Positions 1-11,154 of a stretch of 64,000 nt of DNA are shown here, piece by piece (the first letter of the stretch is position 1; every line of letters begins with the position of its first letter). The DNA lies in assembly GCA_965203355.1 (NCBI GenBank), contig OZ241889.1:4000001-4064000 (forward strand), given 5' to 3'. Below the pieces are notes generated by a model. It searched no databases. It saw only the letters and a program-made list of their open reading frames with translations, and had not been told where the DNA came from. A program made the translations under genes and the position numbers. The DNA is from Candidatus Latescibacterota bacterium (GTDB lineage: Bacteria; Latescibacterota; UBA2968; UBA8231).

Positions 1-200
1 CTGAAGAGTTCCCGCAACACATTGGCTTGGACTTGGCTAGCGGTTAGGGGGCTGGCCAAAAACTCGGCCAACTCGCCGGATTGACGCACGATTTCTAAAA
101 GCCGCTCGACATCGCGCTGCACCGCCTCAGTCTCGCCCGTTTCATCGGCAGCCGCCAAAAGCGTAACCGCGTAGCGTCGCACTACTTCGGGTGCGTTCAT
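1..200 (-). CDS. atpH: ATP synthase F1 subunit delta (5' part, runs off window)
   Basis: ATG at 200 reads MNAPEVVRRYAVTLLAAADETG...LAEFLASP; RRYA-x-AL-like N-terminal motif; follows atpF. Confidence 0.85.
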   Translation of the reverse strand, partial: MNAPEVVRRYAVTLLAAADETGETEAVQRDVERLLEIVRQSGELAEFLASPLTASQVQANVLRELF

Positions 201-222
201 TGTCCTGCTTGCACGATGGCGT

Positions 223-714
223 TCAATTGGATTCGGGAATTCTGGCTATAAAGTCATCGACGAGGCCGCGGTTTTTCTCGTCGTCCAAGTTGGCGTCAAT
301 CAGCACACCTGCCGCTTGCACCGCGAGATGGGCTGTCTCGCGACGCAACTCGGCGATGGCGGCGCGCTTCTCGCTTTCGATACTGGTCCGCGCTTGGGCC
401 AACGTCCGCTCCGCCTCTTCCCGCGCCTGAGCGACGATTGTCTGCCGCACATTCACCCCAGCCTCGCGAGCCTCGGCGACGATCTTTCGCGCCTCTTCAT
501 CGGCCGCGGCGAGCTTCTGCTGGTGCTGGCGCAGAACCGCTTCGGCCTCTTGCCGCGCCTGATCGGCCGCGGCGAGCGCGTCGTTAATGCGTTGCTCGCG
601 CTCGTCGAGGGCCGCCAAAAGCTGGGGCCAAGCGAACTTTTTGAGGACGAACAGCACCACCAAGAAGGTGATGATCGTCCATATTATGAGCCCCACATGG
701 GGATCAAGTAGCAT
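223..714 (-). CDS. atpF: ATP synthase Fo subunit b
   Basis: N-terminal TM helix (WTIITFLVVLFVLKKFAW) then long charged coiled coil; ATG at 714 preferred over ORF-track 750. Confidence 0.95.
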   Translation of the reverse strand: MLLDPHVGLIIWTIITFLVVLFVLKKFAWPQLLAALDEREQRINDALAAADQARQEAEAVLRQHQQKLAAADEEARKIVAEAREAGVNVRQTIVAQAREEAERTLAQARTSIESEKRAAIAELRRETAHLAVQAAGVLIDANLDDEKNRGLVDDFIARIPESN

Positions 715-722
715 AGTACTTG

Positions 723-950
723 TTACTTGGTCAGTACGATCAGCAGGCAAAACACCTCGCCGATCAGGGCCACGCCCTCGACCAAAGCGGCCGTCAGGAT
801 CATATTGGTGCGGATATCACCTGCGGCTTCGGGCTGGCGGGCGACGCCCTCCAGCGCTTTGCCGGCCAGCATACCTATGCCCAAACCTGCACTAACGGCG
901 CAAAGCCCGATGCCAATTGCGGCACCCATATACGCAAATTCCATAGCCAA
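723..950 (-). CDS. atpE: ATP synthase Fo subunit c
   Basis: GxGxG helix, ARQPEA loop, ALVEG ion-binding Glu; start may be ATG at 944. Confidence 0.97.
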   Translation of the reverse strand: MAMEFAYMGAAIGIGLCAVSAGLGIGMLAGKALEGVARQPEAAGDIRTNMILTAALVEGVALIGEVFCLLIVLTK

Positions 951-982
951 ATACCCCCTCTTGTGAACGGTGTGAACCCCTG

Positions 983-1813
983 CTAATGGTCTGGATGAGC
1001 AGCCATGCTAATAAAGACTGTCGATAGCAGGGTAAAGACAAAAGCTTGGACGAATCCTACGAAAATCTCGAGCATGTAAATCGCCACGGCAAAAGGCACA
1101 GAGCCGATGGCGATCCACTCACTTTGCAGAATGGAAATCAAGCCCAAGAAAACCACAATCGCCACGTGGCCGCCGGTCATATTGGCGAAAAGACGCACGC
1201 ACAAAGCAAAGGGCTTGACAAACAGACCAATCAATTCTACGGGAATCAAAATGACGAGCAGCACCGGCGGCACCCCAGAAGGGATCAGGCTCCTGAAGTA
1301 GCCGAACAATCCGTTGTTGGCAATGCCGGCCCCTATCATTGCCAAAAAAGAGCACAGGGCCAGACCGGCCGTAACGCTGATGTTACTAGTGGCTGTGGCA
1401 CTATAGGGGACTAGCCCTAGTAGGTTGCAAAACAGAATAAAGAAGAAGAGCGTCAGCAAAAAAGGCAGGTACTTTTTGCCGTCCTCGCCCATGATGGGCA
1501 ATACGACCTCATCGCGCAAGAAGAGAACAATAGCTTCGAAAAAATTGGCCAGACCCGAAGGCACGGTGCGCGGCTTGCGGAAGGCTCTGAGCATGAGCAC
1601 TATGAGCAGGAGGCTCGCCACCCACATAATCAACACGTGTCGGGTGATGGAGAGGTCAATGCCAAAAAGCTCTAGTGAAGGAAGCGAAACTTTGCCTGCG
1701 ATCAGATGATGCAAATCGACAAAGGGCAATTCGATATAAGGGCTATCTTTAATGTGCCCTATGATGTCCACTTGCGCATTTGCGGCGTCAGCCGACTGCG
1801 TATCGCCAGCCAT
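983..1813 (-). CDS. atpB: ATP synthase Fo subunit a
   Basis: FALCVRLFANMTGGH and QAFVFTLLS motifs. Confidence 0.97.
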   Translation of the reverse strand: MAGDTQSADAANAQVDIIGHIKDSPYIELPFVDLHHLIAGKVSLPSLELFGIDLSITRHVLIMWVASLLLIVLMLRAFRKPRTVPSGLANFFEAIVLFLRDEVVLPIMGEDGKKYLPFLLTLFFFILFCNLLGLVPYSATATSNISVTAGLALCSFLAMIGAGIANNGLFGYFRSLIPSGVPPVLLVILIPVELIGLFVKPFALCVRLFANMTGGHVAIVVFLGLISILQSEWIAIGSVPFAVAIYMLEIFVGFVQAFVFTLLSTVFISMAAHPDH

Positions 1814-1872
1814 TTACTGCCTTGCGAAATATCTAAAATTAGGGGGGAAACTGTTGCAGTAACCAACCAAAT

Positions 1873-1901
1873 AAACTAATTAGGCCGTAAATTTCTGTCA
1901 A
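1873..1901 (-). promoter_or_regulatory. Putative sigma70 promoter upstream of atpB
   Basis: Minus strand TTGACA (1901-1896), 17-nt spacer, TAGTTT (1878-1873) in an AT-rich gap. Confidence 0.5.
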
Positions 1902-1917
1902 CACCTCGCGGGCACTG

Positions 1918-2208
1918 CTAGCGCTTTGAACGGCCTTGTAATTTGATTACGTAAAAAATTTCAAATGCGAGAAAAAGCAAGTACGCAGCCACTAGCGCGA
2001 CTAAGTAAGTCTCGGCGTGGACCCTGACCCATTTAAACATCAGCACTGAGAGGACTGCCACGGCGATCATCCGCGCGATCATCCCCCCGAAGAAGGCGAT
2101 TATAAAGGTTTGCATGCCCCGGCCCCAGCCCCAGCGAATCGCTGCCAGCGCGAGTGCGCCATTGACTCCGGCGACCACCAAGCCAGCGATAACGCTATCC
2201 CACTTCAC
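1918..2208 (-). CDS. atpI: ATP synthase I-like membrane protein
   Basis: 96 aa, hydrophobic, GGMIARM motif, positioned just before atpB. Confidence 0.7.
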   Translation of the reverse strand: MKWDSVIAGLVVAGVNGALALAAIRWGWGRGMQTFIIAFFGGMIARMIAVAVLSVLMFKWVRVHAETYLVALVAAYLLFLAFEIFYVIKLQGRSKR

Positions 2209-2447
2209 GGTCCATCCTCCCGCTTGCGCCGCTCATCTAGGTCCATAAGCGTCCGATAGAGTTTGTAAAATCCACCCCCCGCGCCGAGCAGGGTGCCCAA
2301 TACTAGAAAGAATGGCGTGGTTGCGAATTTGTCGTCGAGCCACCAACCGAGCAGCACAAAGATCAGGACCGTCGCCGCGAATTGAATCCCCAGACTAACG
2401 TAAGAGCCGATGTCGGCGTACGTCCCGGTCTTTTTTTTCGCGACCAT
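2205..2447 (-). CDS. AtpZ/AtpI-family (ATPase gene 1) protein
   Basis: GWWLDDKFATTPFF...G..LG..GG pattern, two TM helices. Confidence 0.85.
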   Translation of the reverse strand: MVAKKKTGTYADIGSYVSLGIQFAATVLIFVLLGWWLDDKFATTPFFLVLGTLLGAGGGFYKLYRTLMDLDERRKREDGP

Positions 2448-2504
2448 ATTCTACGAGCCAAGAAAAACGGGCGACCGCCGCTAGATGAAAGCTGCTGGCC
2501 GTAC

Positions 2505-2708
2505 TCAGCTCTTCTCCGCCTCGGCATCCCCACACGACCCGGGTTCCTGACCACACTCGCACATAGGCTGCCCCAGTGCATCGCGCATCGTGTTCAGCCC
2601 TCCGCACGAACCTTGGAGGCGACGATTGCTGAAGATCACGCCGACGGCCATGGCGACCATGACCAACCCAAACGCAGCAAACGCGGCAATAAGCGTACTT
2701 ATAGTCAT
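2505..2708 (-). CDS. nqrM: Na+-NQR maturation protein NqrM
   Basis: TM helix, [16 protein letters not shown]-terminal Cys cluster; follows nqrF. Confidence 0.85.
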   Translation of the reverse strand: MTISTLIAAFAAFGLVMVAMAVGVIFSNRRLQGSCGGLNTMRDALGQPMCECGQEPGSCGDAEAEKS

Positions 2709-2723
2709 CCTATTCCTCCCAAC

Positions 2724-3962
2724 TTAAAACTCGTCGAAGCGGATCATTTCCTCTTCAATGCCCATATCGTCGAGCATCGCCAGCACAGCTCGGAGCATCA
2801 GCGGCGGACCGCACATGTAGTACTCGACATCTTCGGGTGCTGGATGGTCTTTGAGGTAGTTTTCGTACACCACTTGGTGAATAAAGCCCACATAGCCGTC
2901 CCAATTGTCCTCTGGCCGCGGCTCGGACATGGCGATGTGGAAGGTGAAGTTGGGAAATTCCTCTTCGATTTTGCGAAAGTGGTCCTCGTAGAAAACCTCG
3001 TTGGGATTGCGCGCCCCGTACCAATAGGACACCTTGCGCCCGGTCTTGAGCGTGTGGAAGAGGTGGTATAGATGCGACCGCAAAGGGGCCATGCCAGCAC
3101 CGCCGCCGATATAGACCATTTCGCGGTCGGTTTCTTGGATGAAGAATTCGCCAAACGGCCCGGAGACCGTCACCTTGTCGCCCGGCTTGCGACTGAACAC
3201 GTAAGAAGAGGCGAGGCCGGGCGGCACATCCTTCCAGCCCCCCTTCTCGCGGTCCGGCGGCGGAGTGGCGATGCGGATGTTGAGCATAATGATGTTGCCC
3301 TCGGCCGGGTGATTGGCCATTGAATAGGCGCGGACGACAGGCTCGGTGTTGACGAGCTTGAAGTCCCAGACGTTGAAGCGGTCCCAATCCGAGTGGAATC
3401 GCTCCTCAATCCCCTCAAAGTCCTTGAAGTTGCACTCAAAGGGCGGCACTTCGATCTGGATAAAGCCACCGGGCTGAAAATCCAGTGTTTCGCCCTCGGG
3501 GAGCTTGACGACAAATTCCTTGATAAAGGTCGCCACATTGTCGTTGGAGACGACTTCGCACTCCCACTTTTTGACCGAGAACACTTCGGGCGGCACTTCG
3601 ATCTTCATGTCCTGTTTGACGTTGACCTGACAAGACAGCCGCACCCCCTCGCGCGCCTCGCGCTTGGTAATGTGGCTGGTCTCGGTAGCCAAGATATCGC
3701 CGCCGCCCTCGTAGATGTTGACCTTGCACTGAGCGCAGGTGCCGCCACCGCCACAGGCCGAAGACACGAAGACTTTGTTGTCGGCCAGCACGTTGAGCAG
3801 TTTGCCCCCTGCTGGAACGGCAAGAGCCTTGCTCTCATCGTCGTTGATGAGGATTCGCACGTTGCCGCTGGGCACCAGTTTAGAGCGGGCTGCCAAGATG
3901 ATGGCCACGAGAGCCAATACCACGCCGGTGAACATGCCGACGCCGGAAATAACTTCTGTCAT
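2724..3962 (-). CDS. nqrF: Na+-translocating NADH:quinone reductase subunit F
   Basis: [12 protein letters not shown] 2Fe-2S motif, [22 protein letters not shown]. Confidence 0.98.
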   Translation of the reverse strand: MTEVISGVGMFTGVVLALVAIILAARSKLVPSGNVRILINDDESKALAVPAGGKLLNVLADNKVFVSSACGGGGTCAQCKVNIYEGGGDILATETSHITKREAREGVRLSCQVNVKQDMKIEVPPEVFSVKKWECEVVSNDNVATFIKEFVVKLPEGETLDFQPGGFIQIEVPPFECNFKDFEGIEERFHSDWDRFNVWDFKLVNTEPVVRAYSMANHPAEGNIIMLNIRIATPPPDREKGGWKDVPPGLASSYVFSRKPGDKVTVSGPFGEFFIQETDREMVYIGGGAGMAPLRSHLYHLFHTLKTGRKVSYWYGARNPNEVFYEDHFRKIEEEFPNFTFHIAMSEPRPEDNWDGYVGFIHQVVYENYLKDHPAPEDVEYYMCGPPLMLRAVLAMLDDMGIEEEMIRFDEF

Positions 3963-3980
3963 AAGGTGCTCTTTTCTTTA

Positions 3981-4592
3981 TTAAAGCTGAATGCCGGAAA
4001 AGGACATAAAGGCCAAAGACATCAGGCCCACCGTAATGAAGGTGATCCCGAGGCCGCGCAGCCCAGGGGGCACGTCGCTGTACTTCATTTTCTCGCGAAT
4101 GCCCGCCAGCGCCACGATCGCCAGCGCCCAGCCAAAGCCGGAGCCAAAGCCAAAGGCCACGCTCTCGCCCAAATTGTAGTCGCGCTCAACCATGAACAGC
4201 GAACCACCCAAAATCGCGCAATTGACGGTAATCAAAGGCAGGAAAATGCCCAGCGCATTGTAGAGGGCTGGCACGAACTTGTCGAGAAACATCTCGAGGA
4301 TCTGCACCATCGCCGCGATAATGCCGATGTAGCTAATCAGCCCCACAAAGGTCAAATCCACTCCACTCAAACCCGCCCACGCCAGCGCGTCTTCCTTAAG
4401 CAGGTACTGGTAGATTAAGTTGTTAGCTGGAACGGTAACCGTCTGCACCACAATTACGGCGATCCCAAGCCCAAACGCCGTCTGCACCTCTTTGGAGACC
4501 GCTAGAAAAGTACACATCCCCAAAAAGAAGGCCAGCGCCATGTTCTCGACGAACACGGACTTCATAAATATGCTCAGATAGGCTTCGACCAT
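3981..4592 (-). CDS. nqrE: Na+-NQR subunit E
   Basis: [27 protein letters not shown]. Confidence 0.98.
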   Translation of the reverse strand: MVEAYLSIFMKSVFVENMALAFFLGMCTFLAVSKEVQTAFGLGIAVIVVQTVTVPANNLIYQYLLKEDALAWAGLSGVDLTFVGLISYIGIIAAMVQILEMFLDKFVPALYNALGIFLPLITVNCAILGGSLFMVERDYNLGESVAFGFGSGFGWALAIVALAGIREKMKYSDVPPGLRGLGITFITVGLMSLAFMSFSGIQL

Positions 4593-4598
4593 GTTCGG

Positions 4599-5222
4599 TT
4601 ACTCCTCCTCGACCTGTTCGCTCTTCCAAGTCCTGAGCGCCCATATAAACAAGCCAATGATGAAAAACGCACTCGGCGGCAAGAGCATCAGGCCGTTGGG
4701 CGCGTACCAACCCCCCTCGGCAGCCAATGCAAACATCTGCGCCCCAAAAAGCGAACCCGATCCGAATAGCTCGCGCAACACGCCCACCACCAGCAGAATG
4801 ACGCTGTAGCCCAAGGCGTTGCCCAAGCCGTCGAGAAAGCTCAGCCCGGGGCCGTTCTGCGAGGCAAAAGCCTCGGCCCGCCCCATGATGATGCAGTTGG
4901 TGATAATCAGCCCCACGAAAACCGAAAGCTGTTTACTGATATCAAAGGCATAGGCGCGCAGGAACTGATCGACGATAATCACCAGCGAGGCGATGATCGT
5001 CATCTGCACGATAATGCGGATATTGGCTGGGATAAAGTTGCGGATTAAGCTAACGGCCATGTTGGAACAACAGAGCACGAAAATAACCGCCAAGCACATG
5101 GTGACGGTGGTTTCCAACTTGGTCGTCACCGCCAGTGCCGAACATATACCAAGGCTCAGCAAGGCAATGGGGTTGGAGTCAAAGAGCGGCCTGAAGAGGA
5201 CGTCTCTCGGTTTGTCAGCCAT
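4599..5222 (-). CDS. nqrD: Na+-NQR subunit D
   Basis: [31 protein letters not shown]. Confidence 0.98.
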   Translation of the reverse strand: MADKPRDVLFRPLFDSNPIALLSLGICSALAVTTKLETTVTMCLAVIFVLCCSNMAVSLIRNFIPANIRIIVQMTIIASLVIIVDQFLRAYAFDISKQLSVFVGLIITNCIIMGRAEAFASQNGPGLSFLDGLGNALGYSVILLVVGVLRELFGSGSLFGAQMFALAAEGGWYAPNGLMLLPPSAFFIIGLFIWALRTWKSEQVEEE

Positions 5223-6014
5223 TTAACTAACTCCTCGTTTTTTGAGCTTAGCCAGATACGGCCCAAAGGCCTCCGCACCCAGCCAGTAGCGCAGCATGTC
5301 CCGGACGCCGCGCGAGGTAATAGTAGCACCCGACAATCCATCAACCTGATACTGGGCTTCGGGCCGTCCCGCGACGACCTGGCCCCTGACCACCTCGATG
5401 CGCACAGCCCCGCTTTCATCGAAAGCCTTCTTGCCGTCCCACAAGGCTTTCCAACTCGGGTTATCGACCTCGCCGCCCAAACCCGGAGTCTCGGCGTGTT
5501 CGTAGTACACCAACCCGCGGATGGTATTGAGATCCCTAGCATCGAGGGCCACAAAGCCGTAGAGCGTCGACCACAGCCCTAAGCCGTGGACGGGCAAGAT
5601 GACCTTTTTGATCTGGCCCTTTTGCGTAACCAAGTACACCGAGGCATGGAGTGCGCGACGCTTGACATTGGCGATATCCTCGTTGGCTGGTACCGCCTCG
5701 CTCTGCGCCGGATCTTTGGCTGCCCGCCGCTGGTCGTAGGCAACCGGATCCACGCCATCAACATACTCCCCAGTCGCTAAATCGACGACGCGGGGATTTA
5801 TGTTTTGGTATAACTCTTCGATGCGCTCGCCGCTGGCTACCTCGCTGGATTTCAGCAGGCCCGCGGCCATCAGAATGTTGCGTTTCTTGTCGAGCGTCTT
5901 ATTGACCGCTTGGATCGGCCGCAGCGACACGGCCGCCGCCGATACCAGCACCGAGCAGACGAGGCAAACGCCGAGCGCCACGCCGAATGTTCTACCTACC
6001 GAATCGTTAGCCAC
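5223..6014 (-). CDS. nqrC: Na+-NQR subunit C
   Basis: GLWST, ETPGLGGEV, DGLSGATIT FMN attachment motif. Confidence 0.97.
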   Translation of the reverse strand: MANDSVGRTFGVALGVCLVCSVLVSAAAVSLRPIQAVNKTLDKKRNILMAAGLLKSSEVASGERIEELYQNINPRVVDLATGEYVDGVDPVAYDQRRAAKDPAQSEAVPANEDIANVKRRALHASVYLVTQKGQIKKVILPVHGLGLWSTLYGFVALDARDLNTIRGLVYYEHAETPGLGGEVDNPSWKALWDGKKAFDESGAVRIEVVRGQVVAGRPEAQYQVDGLSGATITSRGVRDMLRYWLGAEAFGPYLAKLKKRGVS

Positions 6015-6028
6015 TTTGTCTATCTCTC

Positions 6029-7246
6029 CTAAGAGCTGATAGCAGTGCGGACCAGCCTGCGCTTAATGTTGGCCTGCATTACCACATGGTCGATCACGGG
6101 CGCGAAGACATTGCCAAAGAGAATGGCCAGCATTACGCCCTCGGGGAAGGCTGGATTGATCACGCGGATTAGCACGGTCATAAAGCCTATGAGTGCCCCG
6201 TACACCCAACGGCCAGCCGGGGTCATGGACGCCGACACCGGGTCCGTCGCCATATAGACGCAGCCAAAGGCATATCCGCCCAGCACCAAATGCCAACTCG
6301 CGTCCATCCCGAACATCGGGTTGGTATCGCTGCCAATCGCGTACAGCAATTCGGCGCATGCTACCGTGGCCGCCGTCATGCTGACGATGATTTGCCAAGA
6401 GCCGACCCTAGTTGCGATGAGGATGGCCGCGCCGATCAGACAGGCTAGGGTCGATGTTTCGCCCATAGATCCGGGGATTGTGCCCAAGAAGGCCTGCGTC
6501 CAAGTCACCGTATTGGTAACGGCCGCCATGCCGTCGGCGGCAGCGGCTCCTAACGGAGTAGCGAATGTAAAGCCATCAGCCGCGACCCAAACCGCATCAC
6601 CGGTGATTTCGACGGGATACGCAAAATAGAGGAAAGCCCGCCCAGTCAGCGCCGGATTGAGGAAATTTTTGCCGGTGCCGCCGAAGACTTCTTTGCCCAG
6701 CACCACGCCGAAGCTAATGCCAATGGCCACCTGCCACAGGGGAATCGTCGGCGGCAGCGTCAGGGGAAAGAGCATGCCCGTGACCAAGAAGCCCTCGTTG
6801 ATCTCGTGCTTGCGAACCATCGCAAAAAGCCCTTCCCACAAACCGCCCACCATATTGCACACCAAAAAGACGGGAAAGAAATAGAGAAAACCGTGGAATA
6901 CGTTGGCCAGCGGGTTGTGAGGATTGTAGCCGATGCCGAGGATATCGATGATGATTCCGCGCCATTCGCCCGTCGTAGTGGCTCCCATCTGCTGCATGGC
7001 CAAATTGACCTGATAACCCGTGTTCCACATGGCCATGAAGATACAGGGCACCAGCGCGACGACGACCGTAATCATGGTGCGCTTGAGGTCAATGCCGTCG
7101 CGCACGTGCGTCGGCCCGTCGGTGACGCGACCGGGCGTATATAAAAATGTATCGGCGGCCTCGTATAAAGCGTAGAACCTTTCCAGTCGCCCTCCCTTGT
7201 GGAAGAGAGGCTCGGCTTGGTCGAGCAGATCTCGCAAAACCTTCAT
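6029..7246 (-). CDS. nqrB: Na+-NQR subunit B
   Basis: [42 protein letters not shown]. Confidence 0.97.
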   Translation of the reverse strand: MKVLRDLLDQAEPLFHKGGRLERFYALYEAADTFLYTPGRVTDGPTHVRDGIDLKRTMITVVVALVPCIFMAMWNTGYQVNLAMQQMGATTTGEWRGIIIDILGIGYNPHNPLANVFHGFLYFFPVFLVCNMVGGLWEGLFAMVRKHEINEGFLVTGMLFPLTLPPTIPLWQVAIGISFGVVLGKEVFGGTGKNFLNPALTGRAFLYFAYPVEITGDAVWVAADGFTFATPLGAAAADGMAAVTNTVTWTQAFLGTIPGSMGETSTLACLIGAAILIATRVGSWQIIVSMTAATVACAELLYAIGSDTNPMFGMDASWHLVLGGYAFGCVYMATDPVSASMTPAGRWVYGALIGFMTVLIRVINPAFPEGVMLAILFGNVFAPVIDHVVMQANIKRRLVRTAISS

Positions 7247-7255
7247 CGAATGCGT

Positions 7256-8602
7256 CTATCCTTCTCTTTCAATGCGCGCCAAATTTCGCCGCAGTATAGG
7301 TCCGTATTCGTATTTGCCGGGACACGCGAAAGTACACAGCCCCAAGTCCTCCTCGTCCAGCTCCAGACAGCCGAGTGCTTGGGCGCGGTCCGTATCCTCG
7401 ACGATAATGGCGCGAAGGAGCAGCGTCGCGAGGATATCCAGCGGCATCACCTGCTCGTACGAGCCGATTGGCACCATAGCCCGGTCGCTGCCCTCGGTCG
7501 AGGTCGTAAAGTCGAAAAGCCGGCCGGGCAGCAACTTAGAAACAAAGACGTTCTTGACGGAAAACTTATCGACGCCCGGCTTCTGCCACCCGAGAAACTC
7601 GCGCTGGTGGCCCTCGGCTAGCACCGAGATCTGCGTGTGGTAACGACCGAGGAAATCCAGAGGGCCAGACGCGCTCCGCCCGGCCAGCACCGACCCGGCA
7701 ATGACCCGATTCTCGCCCGGCTTGAGTTGGCCCGCCGTCAGCTCGCTCAGGCAAGCCCCTTGGCGGGTGCGCAATAGGCGCGGCTTTTCCACCTGGGGGC
7801 CGCCCAAAGCTACTACGCGCTCGGTCCACAGCGAGCCGCTGGCAAAGAGCTTACCGCAGGCCACCACGTCTTGGTAGCCAATGTACCAGACCGTCTTGGC
7901 CGCTCCGACCGGGTCGAGAAAGTGAATGTGGGTGCCGGGCAACCCCGCAGGATGCGGGCCGGCAAATTCGACGACTTGGGCACCGTTGGCCGAGATGCGC
8001 GCGCTAGGTGCCTTGCACACATAGACCGGCCCGTCGGTGAGCTTGCCCAATATGGTCAGACCCCGTGCAAAGTCGTCCTCGTATTCGCGGAGCACAACTT
8101 GAGGATCGGCCGCGAGGGGATTGGAATCCATCGCGGTGACGAAAATCGAGTGCGGCGTGCTGTCCAGCAGGGGCACTTTGCTGTAGGGCCGCGTGCGCAG
8201 CGCGGTCCAAAGACCGGAGGCCACCAAGGTTTCGCGCACCTGCTCGCGGCTTAGCCGATCAGGTGCCGTGCGCACGTGCTGCTCAAAGTGCTCTTCCTCA
8301 TCCCCGGCAACCTCAATGACGACCGATAACAAGGCTCGTTTGGCACCGCGATGGACGCCGAGCACTTTGCCGCTCGCCGGCGCCGTATAGCGCACGCCCG
8401 GGGTTCGCTTGTCCTCGAAAAGCAACTGCCCCTTTTTGACCGAATCTCCCTCGCGTACGGCCATAGTCGGTCGCAGATCAATGGAATCCGGCCCCAAGAC
8501 CGCCACCTTCCCAACCGCTGGGCCATCTTCAATCACTTGCTCCGGCGTACCAGCAATGGGCAGGTTCAACCCTTTTTTTATTACAATTTTACTACTGGCC
8601 AT
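7256..8602 (-). CDS. nqrA: Na+-NQR subunit A
   Basis: [13 protein letters not shown] start, [23 protein letters not shown]; ATG at 8602 preferred. Confidence 0.97.
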   Translation of the reverse strand: MASSKIVIKKGLNLPIAGTPEQVIEDGPAVGKVAVLGPDSIDLRPTMAVREGDSVKKGQLLFEDKRTPGVRYTAPASGKVLGVHRGAKRALLSVVIEVAGDEEEHFEQHVRTAPDRLSREQVRETLVASGLWTALRTRPYSKVPLLDSTPHSIFVTAMDSNPLAADPQVVLREYEDDFARGLTILGKLTDGPVYVCKAPSARISANGAQVVEFAGPHPAGLPGTHIHFLDPVGAAKTVWYIGYQDVVACGKLFASGSLWTERVVALGGPQVEKPRLLRTRQGACLSELTAGQLKPGENRVIAGSVLAGRSASGPLDFLGRYHTQISVLAEGHQREFLGWQKPGVDKFSVKNVFVSKLLPGRLFDFTTSTEGSDRAMVPIGSYEQVMPLDILATLLLRAIIVEDTDRAQALGCLELDEEDLGLCTFACPGKYEYGPILRRNLARIEREG

Positions 8603-8913
8603 TGTGTGTGCTGCGCGATCCCCTTTCAAAGATAAAACTTCACTAAACTGGCCATTTTAAGCCAGTTACCTCCACCTATCAGCAAAAATAGGACGCTAAT
8701 TTGCCGCCGAAGAGTTCTTATGTTTCATAATCGGCCAGATATAAAAGCGCGGGGGCACCGCTCTAGCCCGTTTGCCTCCGCAAACAGCCTAAAAATAAAA
8801 GCCAAGAAACGCGATGTAGCAAGACATTTGCGCGGTAGATGCGGGCTAGACCTTGCCAAACGGGACGAAACCTCGGATTTTAGACGCTCATTCACCAAGC
8901 AGACCGAGGAATT

Positions 8914-9918
8914 ATGAGCCTGAATGCGCCCGCAACGTGCGAAGAAATCGCCGCGCTCTACAAAAGCCCCATACTCGACCTCATATACCGCGCTGCAACC
9001 GTCCACCGCGAGCACCACGATCCGCGGCAAGTACAGGTCTGCACCCTGCTGTCGATCAAGACCGGCGGCTGCCCTGAAAACTGCCGCTATTGCTCGCAGT
9101 CGGCCCACTTCGACACGGGCCTTGAACGCCAAGACCTGCTGTCGCTAGAGGCTGTGCGCGAAGCTGCCGAGCGCGCCGCAGCGGCCGGCAGTACGCGCTT
9201 CTGCATGGGCGCGGCCTGGCGCCAAGTCCGCGACGGCGCGGAGTTCGACCGCGTGTTGGACATGGTGCGCACGGTCGCTGCCACCGGCCTGGAAGTCTGC
9301 TGCACGTTGGGCATGCTCACCGCCGACCAAGCCCGCCAGTTGCGGGAAGCCGGCCTCCACGCGTACAACCACAACTTGGACACCGGAGAAAACTATTACC
9401 CCGAAATCGTCTCCACTCGCACCTATCGCGACCGCATCGAAACCCTCGGCCACGTCGGCCGCGCCGGGATTTCGGTCTGCTGCGGCGGCATCTTGGGCAT
9501 GGGCGAAAGCGACGAAGACCGCATCGACCTGCTCGGCGCACTCTTGCAGCTACCAACACCGCCAGAATCCATACCAGTCAACGCCCTAGTACCCATCGCC
9601 GGTACGCCGCTTGGCGACCGCGAGAAGGCGCCTGTTTGGGAGCTCGTCCGCATGATCGCTTGCGCCCGCATTCTCTTTCCCGCGGCGATGGTGCGCCTCT
9701 CGGCTGGCCGCGACCAGCTTTCGGCAGCCGAGCAAGCCCTGTGTTTTTTGGCTGGGGCCAATTCCATCTTCTCGGGCGACCGCCTGTTGACTACGCCCCA
9801 CCCGGGCACCAACGCCGATCAAGCCCTCTTCGATCTGCTCGACCTAGAACCGAGACCGCCACAAGGTGCTTCAGAGCGCGTCGATCAGCTCGCAGAAGCA
9901 GTCGTAGATCGCGGCTAG
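8914..9918 (+). CDS. bioB: Biotin synthase
   Basis: Radical SAM CPENCRYC, YNHNLDT, GANSIF; GAGG RBS. Confidence 0.97.
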   Translation: MSLNAPATCEEIAALYKSPILDLIYRAATVHREHHDPRQVQVCTLLSIKTGGCPENCRYCSQSAHFDTGLERQDLLSLEAVREAAERAAAAGSTRFCMGAAWRQVRDGAEFDRVLDMVRTVAATGLEVCCTLGMLTADQARQLREAGLHAYNHNLDTGENYYPEIVSTRTYRDRIETLGHVGRAGISVCCGGILGMGESDEDRIDLLGALLQLPTPPESIPVNALVPIAGTPLGDREKAPVWELVRMIACARILFPAAMVRLSAGRDQLSAAEQALCFLAGANSIFSGDRLLTTPHPGTNADQALFDLLDLEPRPPQGASERVDQLAEAVVDRG

Positions 9919-11154
9919 CTGAGGCTGCTCAATGCAGTAGGGCGGCAGCACGTACACGCTATTGCCTAAGGGCCGCAACAGAAAACCCCGCGCCAAAAAT
10001 CGCTCCCTCAGCAGCGGCCCCACCTCGTGCAGGTATCCCTCCTCGCCCTCGACTATTACGTCCGCAGCCACAATCGTACCGCACACCCGCACTCGCTTGA
10101 GCCGCGGGTGATCGCGCAGGCGCACTGCTTCCTCGCGCTGCCAAACCGCCAGCCGGCGGAAAGGCTCACCCGCTAGCAGATCCAGCGAGGCCAACGCAGC
10201 CGCGCATCCTAAGGGATTGGCCGTGTAGGAGTGGCCGTGATAGAAAGCTTTAGAGGGGTCGTCGTGATAGAAGGCCGCGAACACCCGCTCGCTGCAAACA
10301 GTGACCGCCATGGGCAGGAAGCCGCCGGTCAGCCCCTTGGCCAAGCAGATGATGTCCGGTTTGGTCGCGGCTTTCTCACAGGCGAAAAGCGCTCCGGTGC
10401 GTCCAAATCCGGTCAGCACCTCGTCGTAGATGGCCAACACATCCCATTGGCGCAAAAGAGCCTGCACGGCCGCGAGAAAGTGCGGGCGGCACATCCGCAT
10501 ACCGCCGGCACCTTGCACTAGGGGCTCGAGTATCATGGCCGCGTACTGGCCGGGATGGCGCGTCAGCAACTCCTCCAGTCGCCCGAGGGCCTGCGCTTCT
10601 TTCGCCTCTACCTCCCCATCGCCTTCCCAAGTGGCCGGAAAGGACACGGCGTCGGTCGGAAAGAGTAAATCGGCAAAAGGCTGCGTAAAAAGCGAGCGTC
10701 CCCCGACCGACATCGCCCCGAGCGTGTCCCCGTGATAGGCTCCCTCAAAACGCAGAAAGCGCGTGCGATCTCGCGCGCCCTGATTGCGCCAAAACTGATA
10801 GGCCAGTTTGAGCGAGACTTCTACAGCCGTCGAGCCATCGTCCGAGTAGAAAACCCATGCCAGCGGCGCGGGCAAAGCCTCCACTAGCCGCCGGGCCAGC
10901 TCTTCGGCGGGGCGGTGAGTAAACCCGGCCGCTATCACCTGTTCTAATTCTTTGGCCTGCTCGGCTACCGCCGCGGCGATTTCCGGCTGGCCGTGGCCGT
11001 GCAAGGTCACCCACCAACTCGAAATACAGTCGAGGATTTGCCGCCCATCCTCCAGCACTAGCATCGCTCCGCGACCAGCCCGCACTTGCTGCACCGGCAG
11101 TGCGGCCTTCATCGGGGTAAAAGGCGACCACACGCGGGAAGTACGCTCAGCCAT
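9871..11154 (-). CDS. bioA: Adenosylmethionine-8-amino-7-oxononanoate aminotransferase
   Basis: SSWWVTLHGH, YHGDTLG, DEVLTGFGRTG, AKGLTGG, HGHSYTANP. Confidence 0.96.
   Translation of the reverse strand: MAERTSRVWSPFTPMKAALPVQQVRAGRGAMLVLEDGRQILDCISSWWVTLHGHGQPEIAAAVAEQAKELEQVIAAGFTHRPAEELARRLVEALPAPLAWVFYSDDGSTAVEVSLKLAYQFWRNQGARDRTRFLRFEGAYHGDTLGAMSVGGRSLFTQPFADLLFPTDAVSFPATWEGDGEVEAKEAQALGRLEELLTRHPGQYAAMILEPLVQGAGGMRMCRPHFLAAVQALLRQWDVLAIYDEVLTGFGRTGALFACEKAATKPDIICLAKGLTGGFLPMAVTVCSERVFAAFYHDDPSKAFYHGHSYTANPLGCAAALASLDLLAGEPFRRLAVWQREEAVRLRDHPRLKRVRVCGTIVAADVIVEGEEGYLHEVGPLLRERFLARGFLLRPLGNSVYVLPPYCIEQPQLAAIYDCFCELIDAL

Noticed and set aside
6551-6580. NqrB flavinylation motif reads DGFTFAT rather than SGAT
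   Set aside because: Target Thr and upstream Asp are retained and this position varies in NqrB/RnfD proteins; not evidence of inactivation.
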